Assembly: GCF_009914755.1 (NCBI RefSeq)
Contig: NC_060937.1
DNA from: the human T2T-CHM13v2.0 reference genome, Homo sapiens
Reading direction: 5' to 3' (one strand)
DNA length: 64,000 nt
Shown one piece after another: positions 29,221 to 42,902 of this stretch (positions are counted from its first letter, which is position 1; the number at the start of each line of letters is the position of its first letter). The notes beneath the pieces are model-generated. The model saw only the letters and a list, made by a program, of their open reading frames with translations. It was not told the origin of the DNA and did not search any database. Position numbers and translations under genes: made by a program.

Positions 29221-29966
29221 AAAAAATAATTTTAACTTTTATTTTAGGTTTAGGGAGTACTTGTGCAGTTTGTTACATGGGTATATTTCGTGATACCAAG
29301 GTTTGGGGTACAAATGATCCTATCACCCAGGTGATGAGCATAGTACCTGATAAGTAGCTTGTCGGCCTTTGCCCCCAACCCCCTCCCCTTCCCCCTAGCA
29401 GTCCCCAGTATCTATTGCTTCCATCTTTATGTCCATATGTACCCAACGTTTAGCTCCCACTTATAAGTAAGAACAGGTAGCGTTTGGTTTTCTGGTCCTG
29501 CATTAATTGGCTTAGGATAATAATGATCGCCAGCTGCAAAGGATATGATTTCATTCTTTTTAATGGCTGCAGAGTATTTCATGGTGTATATGTAGCACAT
29601 TTTCTTCATCCAATCCATCATTGGTGAGTACCTAGGTTGATTCCATGTCTTTGCTATTGTGAATAGTGCTGGGATGAACATAAGAGTTCATGTGTTTTTT
29701 TGGTACAGTGATTTATTTTACTTGGTGTGTATACCCAGTAATGGGATTGCTGGGTTTAGTGGTAGTTCTGTTTTTAGTTCTTTGAGAAATCTCCAAACTG
29801 CTTTCCACAGTGGCCAAACTAATTTACATTTCCACCAGCAGTGTATGCATGTTCCCTTTTGTCTGCAGCCTTGCCAATATCTGTTGTTTTTTGACTTTTT
29901 AATTATGGCCATTTTGACTGGTGTAAGATGGTGTCTATTGTGATTTTAATTTGCATTTCTTTAATG
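29221..29966 (-). mobile_element. 5'-truncated L1 (L1PA15/16-like), ORF2 C-terminus plus 3'UTR
   Basis: Minus ORFs give MFIPALFTIAKTWNQPR and HCWWKCKLVWPLWKAVWRFLKELK (ORF2p C-terminus). Probable TSD taagatcaaat (29204) / taaaatcaaat (29967). Confidence 0.95.
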
Positions 29967-31594
29967 TAAAATCAAATCCTAAATTGATATTAGTAATAAT
30001 ATCAACAGTAATTATGTAATGAAATAAGAAAAAAATGGAAACTTAGTAAATATATAGGTTTTGAAACATCAGGAACAAGAATTTATGAAGTGTCATACAA
30101 GTAATACACTACTGTAGTGATGATAATTAAGTGGCAAATTCTACACAGTTGATTGTCACTCAGGGAATTAGTGCTGTTGCAAGTGCTATTATGTTTCTAG
30201 TCTTGGACAAGGTACTTGAGGGTCTATCAATATATTAAGGATTTCTGTGAAGTGAAATGGAAGTAGTTTCCACCGGTTTCTTCCATCTAAAGTCACCTAG
30301 CCAGGGATAAAGTAGAGAAGTTGTACGCCTGCTTCTTTATTCTCATGAATAATTGAACAATAGCCTTGGGTGGATTTGCAATGTGCAACTCAGCTTAAGC
30401 TGCCTGAAACTCTTCTCAAATTTGTTCACATACGTATCTGTAATGACAGAGGAGGGTGGACACTTATCTCTAGGTGTTGGAAAATGGGGCCCCCTGAGGC
30501 CCAGGAAGCATTGTATCTATCTCAAATATATACACTTCTGTATTTGCAATATTTTATATTTGCCTAATGTAACCAGTTTTAAAATATCATCTAAAGCCTT
30601 AATCTCTTCTAACTTCACTATTGACACTTTGGGAGAATACACCTATGAAAATTCATAAGTGAGAAGTATGATCTTAAGGTTCATCTTCAGATATCTTAAA
30701 GTCTTGAAATTTGGGTTTTCCAATGTTTATTAATTAACCTTAGTTTTTATAATTCTGATACAAAATGTAAACATTACAATGTAAAATGTATGTTTTTAAA
30801 ATATGAAGTACTCCTGAGGATATTTTGGATTTAGGGGTAAAATTTTATCTACCTCGTTGAATGACATGTTTTATGTATATGGGCTTTATTCTGAATTATT
30901 TGATTGAAATGGTTTTTATAAAAATCATCTAAACTCAGAGAAAAATTACTAAAATACTTATATAAATATATTTTTAAATGAGATCTACAGGCATATTTGA
31001 AATCCACATAACTTAAAGTCAGCTAAGTCATTTTCTTGTTTTCAGATTTTAGTTAATCGTGGTGCTATTATGAGGATACTTGAGGAGGAACTGCAAATTA
31101 TAAATCTTAAATTTTCATGTTTTAATATATATTTGTCTTACTATTTTTTTCATTTTGGAGGTCTCCATGATCCGTGCTTATAAGAATTTTCTTAAAAATG
31201 TGTTATTCTAAGCACTAGTCAGTGGCAGACGATAGTATTAGCTATGCTAGTACTCACATGTAAATTACATTTGTTCTTTAAACTTTAAAAACAGTAAAAT
31301 GTAGCCTTTTTCCATGCTTTTGTTGAATTCTGTATTTTAAAACGCTAATGGGACCTTTAAACCTGTTCGTAATTTTTAAGTGCTCTGATGGATATTCTGC
31401 ATGGAGATTATTTAAATGAATTAGGCTGTTTAATCCCCTCTGTATTTAAAATAGTAGATTGTCACCACAATATAATTTTAATTTCCACTGTATCCATTGA
31501 AATAAATGCAGAATTATACCACTCACATCAGGCAATAAGGGGGTTGTCTTTTTCATTTTTTTTTCTTTACAGCTTCTAAAATATGGGAGACCCT

Positions 31595-32580
31595 CATTAA
31601 TTCAACCAGTAATTGAACACCTGAAGACTTTCTGCTAGGTCTTGGAGAGATAGAGATTTTGTTTTTCCTAAAGAAAAGCCCAGTTTATTATAGAAAACAG
31701 GCAAATTCCAGACATGGAAGGTTACCTAACAGTAACTTACCCTGTTACACAAGATGGGCATCTCACATGATGTGGCACTAACATAAGTCTCATGGAAGTT
31801 GGAAACAGAAATCAGAGGAAAGCTAGCCCACTGTGCATGGTAGTTCACTACACAACCAACAGAACAGCACATAGTGGACAGAGAGGAAGGCCATTTCACA
31901 CAGAGGAAATGAAACCTAAACTTTCTGCCAAAGTTCAAGGAAACACATTAGCATTTTGTTTTGGAGTAATGGGGCGAATGATGTGATATTATTTTCATTT
32001 TAGAAAAGTTAGTAACAGTTGAAAATAGGTTAAGAAAGAAGCAGGAGCCAATAAGACCAATCCAAAGTCTGTTATATATCAAGTAGAAATGGCAAGGACC
32101 TGAATCAAGAAGTGATACTGGGAAAGAAGGGTGCTGAGGATATATTCTAGAAGAAGACTGGATGGCCTGTTGAGGCAGGGAAGAAGAGTGAATAAAGAAT
32201 GTAGGGTGTGCTTCATTCTGGCTTGACTAACGGGGCACATGGTGGTTGCCTCCACTGAACTGGGATAAAAACACATTGAGGGTCTTGTAAGATTGCAAAT
32301 GATGAGCTTCATTTCAGTCACGTTGAACTGGAGGTATTTGTAGAATATGCAAGTGTTTGGAGAAGCCCAACAAGAGGCTGGATGCATTGTTGTAAAATCA
32401 AGAAAAAAGATATGTCCTGGTGGTATAAATTTGGTGGTCATAACGGTGACAACTGTAGCCAGTGACATCGCTGAGATATACAAGAGATATTATCAAATGG
32501 GAAAAAAATGAGGGCAGAAGGCAGAACCTTAGATGACACTACATTTAAGCTCCCGATAAAAAAGAATCAACTGTGAAAGA
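31595..32580 (-). mobile_element. L2 3' portion
   Basis: tcattaattcaaccagtaattgaacacc (L2 3' end, antisense) ... gatgagcttcatttcagtcacgttgaactggagg. Confidence 0.7.
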
Positions 32581-32669
32581 GAATGGAATGTATGGAAGCT
32601 CTTTTTTTTGCACCCGCCAGACACTTCTTCCCTGAACAAATGAACACTGTCAACTACACAGAATTTCCA

Positions 32670-33070
32670 AGGAAAGATGTCCATTTATTTCAGTGATGCT
32701 GTCATTGCTCAAAACACTTTATTTGGTCCTCTTTCATCTTACCTCTAGACCAGCAGCATTTTCTTTTTAATATCTTCAGTGTTGGCAAAGCTTTATTTTT
32801 TGACAATAAGTGTGTTTTTTTAGAGAGAACTCAGATGTCAAGAAGATCTAACTACCTAGTAATGATTCTTATTTCACCTCAAGTGCATTATAAACTGAGT
32901 GTGAAAGCAATTTCAATGAGAGGAGTTATAAAAATTAAAAGCCATGTTTTAATCATCTTCAAAAGAGTATACATTCTGCCAGAGACTTTTTGAAAAATGT
33001 TTAGTAAGTTTATATTTTATAGAAATAGAGCCATGCCTTATACATTACTATCTTAAATAATCTGACCTCT
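32670..33070. mobile_element. Mariner-type DNA transposon fossil (MARNA-like)
   Basis: gatgctgtcattgctcaaaacac...ttaatatcttcagtgttggcaaa resembles the recalled MARNA consensus. Confidence 0.6.
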
Positions 33071-33409
33071 AAATATTTCTGAATCTACACAATTTAATGT
33101 GGCTTCTATTTTTTATACAAACCTGTCAACTGTCTTATAGAGATTAACGACTCAATGTAAATGCAGACCTTATTTTAAAGTTGCATTAAAATTCTTACTT
33201 GCCTTTACATCTTCAGACATTACTTTATTGCTTTTGCACTACCAGTTAATCCTAATTTGCAAGAGTTTTCTCTTTTATAAAGACACTGAAAAGTGGATAT
33301 GTCACCTGTTCTAGTAGTTAATACCTCTCAGCAACCTTTTTTTCTTATTTCTCCTTTAAATTCTCTCCATAGCTGTCACTTAAAGGCATTTACAATGTAA
33401 TTCGTGGTC

Positions 33410-33730
33410 GGCAGGGCACAATGTTTTCAGCACTTTGGGAGGCCAAGACGGGAGGATCGCTTGAGTCCAGGAGGTCAAGACCACCATGGGTAACATAACA
33501 AGACCCAGTCTCCACAAAAAAAAAATAAAAAATTAGCCTAGAGCAGTGATTTGCACCTGTAATCGCAGCTACTAGGAAGACCGAGGCAAGAGGATCACTT
33601 GAACTTAGGAGGCTGAGGCTGCAATGAGCCATGATTGCATCACTGCACTCCAGACTGAGTGACAAGAGCAGGACTGTGTCTCAAAATAATAATTAATAAC
33701 CCGTCTCAAAATAATAATAATAATAATAAT
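33410..33730 (+). mobile_element. AluJ with duplicated 3' end and (AAT)n tail
   Basis: J-type aggatcgcttgag and gaggctgcaatgagccatgattg; flanks taattcgtggtc / taatttgaggtc resemble a TSD. Confidence 0.93.
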
Positions 33731-35296
33731 TTGAGGTCAATTTAAAATATATTTTTTTATGATGGAAACACTAAAAAATATAGATCACCTATATTATGTA
33801 TCAAAATAACAACAAATTGTGTTCAATGATGACAGTAAAATCAAGTGAGTTATGGTATCCACTTTTGATCCACTTATGAAACATAATATGTTTGAGACAG
33901 CACTGTACTGAATATCCCTAAACTTGTAAATAAACTAGTTAGATAACCAAAGTATTGTTTTCTCATTATCATGCAGTATTAAAAAGTTTTGTGGATGATA
34001 TTTAGGATTCCTGAAATTTGAGGCACAAGCTTAGATCAGGCTTATAATCCTGGTGCTCTAACCTTACACTCTTAGCACATAGAGTCTAGATATTGCTATT
34101 ATGAAAGGTCATTACACTATACAATGGGCTTCTTAATTTTGAATAGATGTAAAATTAATTTCTAGGAAAAATATCTATTCCAATTTTTATGTTTGCCCTT
34201 ATTTTTATTTTGTCATGTAAACATTGGTGGAATTCAGCTTATTAAACATTAAGAAACTTTTTTTTTAGTGTATGACTTCAAATGTATAATGTACCTAGAA
34301 CTTTCTCATTAGTGAAAAGATGATTGCTAAATGTAAGATTTAAGGTTAATAAACTACTTGGTAACCTTATCATAAAGTTTAGATATAACATGTTCTCAAG
34401 TCATGAGGGATGTTTAGCCTTGTAAATTATTCTTGATGAGTTGAAAGATTGGACTATTTTAGTGCTAAAACCTCTACTAACTCCATGATGTTATTATTGC
34501 TCCTCACATTACTTCAGACTGAAACTGTTAGTATTCATTTCAACCTCTGTTTTTTTTTCCAAAACCCCATCCCATGCTAGGATACTCTTATACATTAATT
34601 TAACTGTCATGCTTAAACTCTGTGAACTTTTGGATTATGTCTAATTCATCTTTTTGCCCTCGTAGAGCATTCAGTACAATCCTCTAAAATCTCTCCTGCC
34701 AATCCCTTTTCACACACACACAAAAAGAAAGGCAAAGAATGAGTGAGATTCTGGTGCCAGTTACTGGTGAGTTGTATTTTCTCTAAATCACTGGATACTT
34801 GATTGTGATAAAACTTCAAGCTTCAACTCCTTGTGCTGCACACTTACATATGTTTCTGGACCCATCATGACTTGTGACTTCTCTTCTGATTGTCCATCTC
34901 TGAGTGTTAGATGTCATTCCACAATCTATTCTATAAATTAAGCTATAGAAATTCTATAGACTATTCCATAGTCTACTAGAATTTTTCTAACACATCATAA
35001 TATGTTACACAAAAAAATACTCCCACTACACATGCTAATCAGATGTACAGCCCTTCAATGACTGTATAGTCATCAGAGCCAACAATTTATGTATGTTAAT
35101 AAGGTCAAAGTGTCTGCCTCCATATAGTCATCAAATGAAATGCTGTGATTAGAAACATCCTGTAGACATCTGTACAATGCAGCAATGAAGGAATAAAACT
35201 ATGTGGGATGAAGATATTTGGTACTCGTATTTTTCTAAGTTGAAAAGCATGAGCTCATGGCTTATTCACTACTGGATACTGAATGGAGGAAAGTGA

Positions 35297-35307
35297 ATGA
35301 CTCAGCA
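35297..35307 (+). promoter_or_regulatory. Perfect CNC-sMAF (NRF2/NF-E2/BACH) ARE motif ATGACTCAGCA
   Basis: Exact 11-mer match. Motif only; no functional data. Confidence 0.3.
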
Positions 35308-35808
35308 CACTTAAGTTTGCATGTGAAGTGCTTAACTCTGGGAACACTAAATTGCAGAAGCAACTCATTACATAGACAGCATTTTTAAGGTTTCTTAGGT
35401 CAAACAATTCTAGCCCTTTGGTAAATAAGTAGCAAACGGGATCTTATAAAAGAAGAAATTGGAAGATGAATAAAGCAACTACTATTTGTCAAGCTTACCT
35501 TATATGCTAGGCATCATGTTAGTTTCAACCAGATTATTTCAACCAGATGTTCCTCAGACACACATATTAACCCCATCATGGGGTAGCACACAGCCAGCCA
35601 GGGACTGGTTTAGATTTCTTCCAGCTTATTAATGTAATTTTTATTTTCTTTTGAAGTAAGTATTCCAGTTTGGAATTGTTCTCTTGTCTTTCACAGTTAT
35701 TGAAACTTCAGTTTGCATTCATCCCTCAGCAATCACTTATCCTATTTTCCCATGTCCCCAAGTGAGAGACACTGTACTCAACTGCAATTCTACGAAGCCG
35801 TTTGACCT

Positions 35809-36170
35809 CTGTATAATCAGATGGAATACGTTATGCTTTGGGAACAACTCTCAAATTCACAGCAGCTTATCTCAACAAGAACTTCTCCTCTCATAATACA
35901 GGCCCAGCAGGAGCTAAGAGTGGAGCACACAATCACTTGGGGACCCAGCAGGACACAGACCTTCCTCCAAAGAAGCTTCCATGAACATTGCAGCAGCAGA
36001 AGAGAGGGCTGGGTGGTATTATCATGGCAATTAAGTGCTCCCATCTAAAGCTAGACATATTCCTCTGCTAACAGCTCACTGGACCAGCCAGTCAATGGTT
36101 ATGTCTGGGTTCAAGGAGAGTAAGGAAGTGCAATCCTGCCTTAACGCATAAAGAGGAGCCCTCATTTGCC
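35809..36170 (-). mobile_element. Old MLT1 (J/K/L-like) MaLR LTR
   Basis: tgtataatcag...ttatgct...acaactctcaaattc...ctctgctaacagctcactggaccagccagtca...ggaagtgcaatcc. Confidence 0.65.
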
Positions 36171-36352
36171 TTAATCTAGACTACACAACCATTGAAACGA
36201 CTAGGGAGCCTACCCCCTCCCCGCCCCCGCCCACACACAGACATGCCTACCTGCCTACCTTCTTTCTGCTTCTCCTTTCCTTCTCAACTCGGGGATAAAG
36301 AATCAGATGTATGTTACATATGATTGTCTCACTTCTCACAAAAGGCCATGAA

Positions 36353-36960
<608 letters not shown>

Positions 36961-37547
36961 TCATTGTGCACATTTGGGGTCCAGCCTTCGACCCCAGATC
37001 TTTTGGGCTTAAAATCTTCAGTGAGTATCCAATTTCTGTAAGAAAGTTTTTACATTCTTCAATAAGCTATGCACAGTCCTCCAAGACTTGCTTTCCCATC
37101 ACTCTCACGAGTTAGTTTGTATTGCCCTCAGCCTTCAAGCCTTACTGTACCATCGCAAGGAACCTCCTGTGATTTCTTTGGGCTTCATTTCTTTATCCCT
37201 TTGCTCATATGGCAACTCCACTTTTGACTCTCCTTGGTCTTCCTGAGAAACACTAACCTGATTTTAAGTTGCAGTTCATGAATTCGTGCCTTCTAGGAAG
37301 GCTTTTTAAATTTTCACTCTTACACCAAAGTTAAATCAGTTATCTCTTCATTTTATTTCCATTGTACGCTGCACACACTTTTATGGAACTAATTTTTGTC
37401 GTTTTTACTGTCTTTTGCATGTCACTTTTATACTCAGGGTGCCTTGGGGATACCTCTTCTTCATTTTTATAACTGAGCATCTCTGTGTCTGTGTTGGTGA
37501 TTAACACATGGGCTTTTATTAAATGTTGAATGAACGCAGAATACACA

Positions 37548-37750
37548 TGTAGCAGCGCCTTCAGGCATATACTCTGGAGCTCGACTGTCTTAATTGAAAT
37601 CCTACTTCTACCATTGCCATTGTCTGATATGGCCCAGATTAATTTCTTTGTGTTTCAGTTTTTCTTCAGTAAAAGTAAGGTAATAATATGATCTTTCCAT
37701 TGTTGTGTCGGTGTTATTTTTGGGATTAAAGAGAGCGTAATAAGGGTTTT
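37548..37750 (+). mobile_element. MIR
   Basis: actctggagctcgactgtc...tgaaatcctacttctacca...tgtgtttcagtttttcttcagtaaaa. Confidence 0.7.
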
Positions 37751-39318
37751 AAGGGAGTAATTGTTAAAATCAACATCTCTCTCCAGTTATTTGGAGCTAT
37801 TATAAATCTATGTCTTTAGATCAGACCTATTGCCATTTGCAATAGGTCTGATCAATAGGTGAAAGTTGCAGGGAACTGGATGGATAATTATAATTATATT
37901 GCTCAATTAATGCATTCAGAAGTAAATATCTAAGTTAAATGTATTAAATATATAAGTTAAATGACAAACTTATACTAAAAATACAATTTGGGCCCACAGA
38001 TTGGATGGTTCAAATATTTTTTTTTCTGGTTTGCTCTCTGTTCATGTGGAATTAATTCCTTTTGTAGCAGAATGTATCCAATACTAACAGATATGAAAGA
38101 GTTAAACCACAACCCTTGAACTATAAGGTTAAAAACTTAGAATTTTCTCCCCATTCACTGCAGCTGTAGATAAGAAACAGCCGTAAAAGAAAGGAAAAGT
38201 GCTTGAGTAATGAAGAAAGTTATTTGGACTGGAAGATATCATTTTTTTTTCCTGTCTAACATTAGAATGTTCTTTTAAAAAAAGTTTCAAAGGAACAGCA
38301 TAAGCTTTCATAGATATTTTCAGGCATTCTGTCACTTGAAATTTTACTTCCTGTAGTTTCTGCATTATGTGAGTTGCTTAATAGCAGTTACGAATATAAA
38401 TAAAAATAAGAAAAACAGATATAAATATATATTTGTCTATACACCTCAGAAAGAATGCTTGTTACATAAGACTGAATTTGGGGTAACCAAAAAAAGAAAG
38501 AAAGAAAAAACTTTCTGTCCAAGGCACAAGAGTATGGACCAGGCAATAATACAAAAGCAGAGAGAAGGCTTTAAAATGAGTGAAGAAGCAAATGAGATAA
38601 GGACAGCTATGCCACTCATATTTCTAGCTAATATTCCCCCAATCCACAGATAGGTTGGTGGTTAATACTAGAACCACATTTTAGTAATAACTCTGTGTTA
38701 GCCAGAACATAACACAATGTGATTGTGAGGACTTAGGTTAGCCATTGGTAAGCTGCCTGTAGTAGATTTTGATGAAATCTACTACAAAATCTATGATGAA
38801 ACTCATCATAGATTTTGATAAGTTTTCATTTAACAATTTTTTTCAGTCTTACATTACAAAACTCTTTCTTAGATCATTAAAGGTAGGTTTTAAACTATGG
38901 GAACCAGCATTATGTATGCTCAATAGTTATGCTTTACAGTTTGGTTTCTAATAGGGACCAAATTTTACACTCCGAACACCTAGTTTTAGAATAGCTAGAA
39001 CTTTTGGTTTGGTACCTACCCTAACATTGGATACAATAGAATTTATTTCTTGAAATAAATGAGCATGCGAATTTAAAAATGTGAAAGGAATTTGGAAACA
39101 GTAATCAATTTACTTCACATATGTCACTAATTTGAGATAACAGGAAAAATTTAAAATAATTATTTTGACACAAATTGTTCAATGCAAGGAAAATAGAAGT
39201 GCTGTGGATATGGCCATTGCTTGTATAATATTTCTTTTTTTATTACCCAGGACCCATTGATTTGTACTAGAGATAAAATTTCCCCATCTATTTATGTCAA
39301 TAAACATAGTGCAGAAAA

Positions 39319-39321
39319 TAC

Positions 39322-39382
<61 letters not shown>

Positions 39383-39384
39383 TA
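39319..39384. repeat. (TA)n microsatellite with CA interruptions
   Basis: Read directly. Confidence 0.95.
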
Positions 39385-42044
39385 CTCAAATTACTAATGT
39401 TCATGTAACAGCACTATTAATATTAAAGCTTTAAGGTATGCTCATTCTGGAATTTCCATTTTATTGTCTCATTCTCATCACATATGATGATGATTCTTGA
39501 AGTTCTTGAGTCACTGGCATGCTACAAGTGACACTTTTGTGCGTGTGCCCTATGAGCAAATCCTGCAGGTAGAGAAACCCTCTTAACTGTGAGAGAACCG
39601 TTCAAATTAAGGTAACAAAACTTTATTTAATGATTTCTTTTTAAAAACATATATTTTGAGAGCAACTACCCAAACCTATCATCTCTTAATTGCGTTTCTC
39701 TTAAGTCATTAGAAAAGTTTTTACAGCAAAAATTTTAAAGTTACAAAATCGGGGTAAATATCATCCAGTTCTCTGCCTTTTGATTTGACTTACTTATCTC
39801 TTAAGTTCAAATAGTTATTGAAATTGGATTCAATATATGTGTCTCAAACATTTACTTTTTTAAAACTCTGGCCTTACTGAAAGATTTCCAAAAGGCAATT
39901 TGGATTTCCACTCACTATATCTCTATGACTAAAGTCTCTCTAGTGAAATGTGAAATGAGGATCTGGAGAGAAACAAAATTCATTTTATTATAAATTAAAT
40001 ATTTCATGGGCTGCCCACAATGAAATTGAACTAAATCTTATCTAATTTTTCTGTGTAGTCTAACAAACTAGACTTTAACAAGTGATCAAAATGTCTTGCT
40101 AAAGAATTTGAAGAGTTTAAAACACAAATGTAAGAAATTGATAAACATATTTAGCATCAAATTAAAAATCTCCCATTGGTGTTCAGTTTTCCTAAAATAC
40201 ATCTTACTGTTAAAATTATAATTTTCATATGTACAAGCCAGAAGGCAATTCTTGCTTAAAGAGCACAAAGTTTAACAAAATCCATTGAATCTATTTAGGT
40301 TTTCATGCTTTGTAAGCATTCTAGAGATTATTCCTTTTATTTCATAAATTATAGATATAGGTGGATTTTTCAGTGCTTTTTTTCTTTCCTCTCTGTTTAA
40401 TGAAAATCAGAAAATGTAGAATGTGCCATGATGAAATCTTTCATTTGGGGGAAAAAAAGCTAAATCTAATATGGCTTGATCCATTTGAGGAATTTGCATT
40501 GGAATGATGAATTATTATGTTAAATAAATTCTGGATTTTATAGCTATAGGCTCTTAAAAAATGATAGAAAATGCTTTAGGAAATCTGTCACCTTCAAATG
40601 CGTTAAAATGTTTGTGGATGCTACTCCTAAGAGAATGATTCAAACGTTTTTAAATAAAGATGTACCTGACACTTCAATAGCATGAATAGAATCTGAATTT
40701 ATGAGCAACACTAGATTATAAAGAAATGCCCACTTACTCATTTCCTTAAACATTGGCAACATTTTAAAATGGCAATTCCAATTATATATAAAACCTTTCC
40801 TGGCTTTTGAAATCATACGTGATATCACAATCATCCAATTTCCAATAGGACATTGTATTTCTTTCACATACCTCTCACTTAACATTGTGACATGTGCTTA
40901 CGTGTGTACCTGTCTCATCTAGTCTTAGGTATTATATTTTACCTCCTCAAACATGAGGAGTAGCATTTATCCTTTTTTATAACTCGCAGTGTGTGGCAGT
41001 GTCCTACCTTCAGTGAATGTTCAATAACTTTTTCCAGCATCAAAGACTGGAGGAAAAAATTATCGAAATTCTGACTGCTGCCCTGGAGAAAATAGAATGT
41101 AACTCCCTGGTAATAATCCTCCACGTCTAAAGTAAGAATTGAAGCAAAATAACTACTTGACTAGGAGGAACCCAAACAGATAGAAAAGCCATGTCATTTA
41201 CCTCCAAAAGTGCTGTGTGCGTGTGTGTGTTTGTGTCCAACTCAACTAAGGAGTTTTTATTATTCAAAATACAAATAATCACTCTCCCCACCCCATGGTT
41301 CTTTGTATTTTGAAAAGATGGGGAAGGCTGGTGGTGAAAAATCAGAATGTGTGTATTTTGAAAAAGTTCCCTGAATGAGTCTAAAGTCCATTACTTCTTC
41401 CCTTTGTCCTAGAAATTTGACATATTATTATTTAATTAATTAATAATATGAAAATTATAATATATCTCCTATTAAGAACTAATTGAATGCAGATTGTCTA
41501 GAAGTAATCCAGTTTTCCTATGGATTCCTGTGGCCTTGGTCAACAGTGTAAACCTTCAGTGTATACTAATGTAGTTACATCCTTGACACATACATTGATA
41601 TAATATACAAACATACACTATTAGAGTGGCATGTAGCATTTGCAGTCCTCAACTATCAAGGTCCTCATGGCTATACACAAGGTAAACCCATTGGAGCAGA
41701 TATGGTAAAAACTCACAGGAGAAGCACCTAATTATTATAATATGAATTAAACCAAATACAAAAAAGTAAAATACTTTGATTTAAACATAAAAAAATTTAA
41801 GAATGCAAAGAAAACGACATGACCCCAAAGAACAATGTTAAAATAAAGGTGATACAAACTTTGATTCAAATATGAATGAGATTTTTGTCATATTATCCCA
41901 CCAATTTGCATACCTAAAAATTCATGTTTAATTTCAAAACTCTTTTCAGTTTTTGTGACTGTACAATATCTGTTCAAGATACTTATGTTAACAAATCGGT
42001 CAGTCAGTCAAATAAATAGTCAAAAAAACAGAAAAGAATTTGAA

Positions 42045-42268
42045 TATATTGATGAACTACAACTCCATAGAGACTATGCTAGGTGCTTTGAAATGTCATG
42101 TTTCATGTAATCCTGCCAACAAGTTAAACAAGCCCATTTTATAGATGAGAAAGCTCTGGATCCGGGGAGTTGAAACACAGATGCACAATTTCATTGACCT
42201 AATAGCAACAGACTCAAAATTGAAAACCAAGTATGAATGCTCTAAAATGTTTATTCTTTTCACTATTA
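42045..42268 (-). mobile_element. MIR
   Basis: gctaggtgcttt...taatcctgccaacaa...cccattttatagatgagaaagct is the antisense MIR core. Confidence 0.75.
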
Positions 42269-42276
42269 CTATATAT

Positions 42277-42902
42277 CAAGGGTTTGAATGTATGGTCCAT
42301 AGGCTGAATCTAGACTGCTTTACCCTATGAAGTAAGAATGGTCTTATATTTTTAAATAATTTCTTAAAAATGCAAAAGAATACTATTTCCTGACACATTG
42401 AAATTCAGATTTTAAAGTCCATAAATAAAGCTTTATTGAAACACAACCAAAACCACTTATTTAAGTCTTGCCTCTGGCTGTTCTTGTTTTTTGTTTTTTT
42501 GAGACTGAGTCTCCATCTGTCACCCAGGCTGGAGTGCAGCAGCACGATCTCGGCTCACAGCAACCTCCGCCTCCTGGATTCAAGCGATTCTCCTGCCTCA
42601 GCTCCTGAGAAGCTGGGACTACAGGCATGTGCCATCATGCCCAGCTAATTTTTGTATTTTTAGTAGAGATGGGGTTTAGCCATGTTGGCCAGGCTGGTCT
42701 CGAACTCCTGACCTCCAGTGATCCACCCACCTCAGCCTCCCAAAGTGCTGGGATTACAGGCATGAGCCACAGCACCCAGCCACCTCTGGCTGTTTTCATG
42801 CTACAGCATTAGAGTTGAGTATTTGCAAGGGAGATTGCATGGCCTACAAAGCTGAAAGTATTCATGAGCTGACTCCTCACAGAAAAAGTTTGCAGACCCC
42901 AG
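42277..42902 (+). mobile_element. MER58B (hAT-Charlie) interrupted by an Alu
   Basis: gtccataaataaagctttattgaaacacaacc...agagttgagtatttgc...agaaaaagtttgcagacccc; 8-bp hAT-type TSD ctatatat / gtatatat. Confidence 0.88.
42483..42781 (-). mobile_element. Full-length AluS inside MER58B
   Basis: T-rich tail, antisense Alu body, TSD cctctggctgtt at 42471-42482 and 42783-42794. Confidence 0.97.

Noticed and set aside
35523-35548. Short tandem duplications of 8-23 bp (here tttcaaccagat twice; also ~22830, ~37925, ~55440, ~55953)
   Set aside because: Ordinary slippage products with no further structure.
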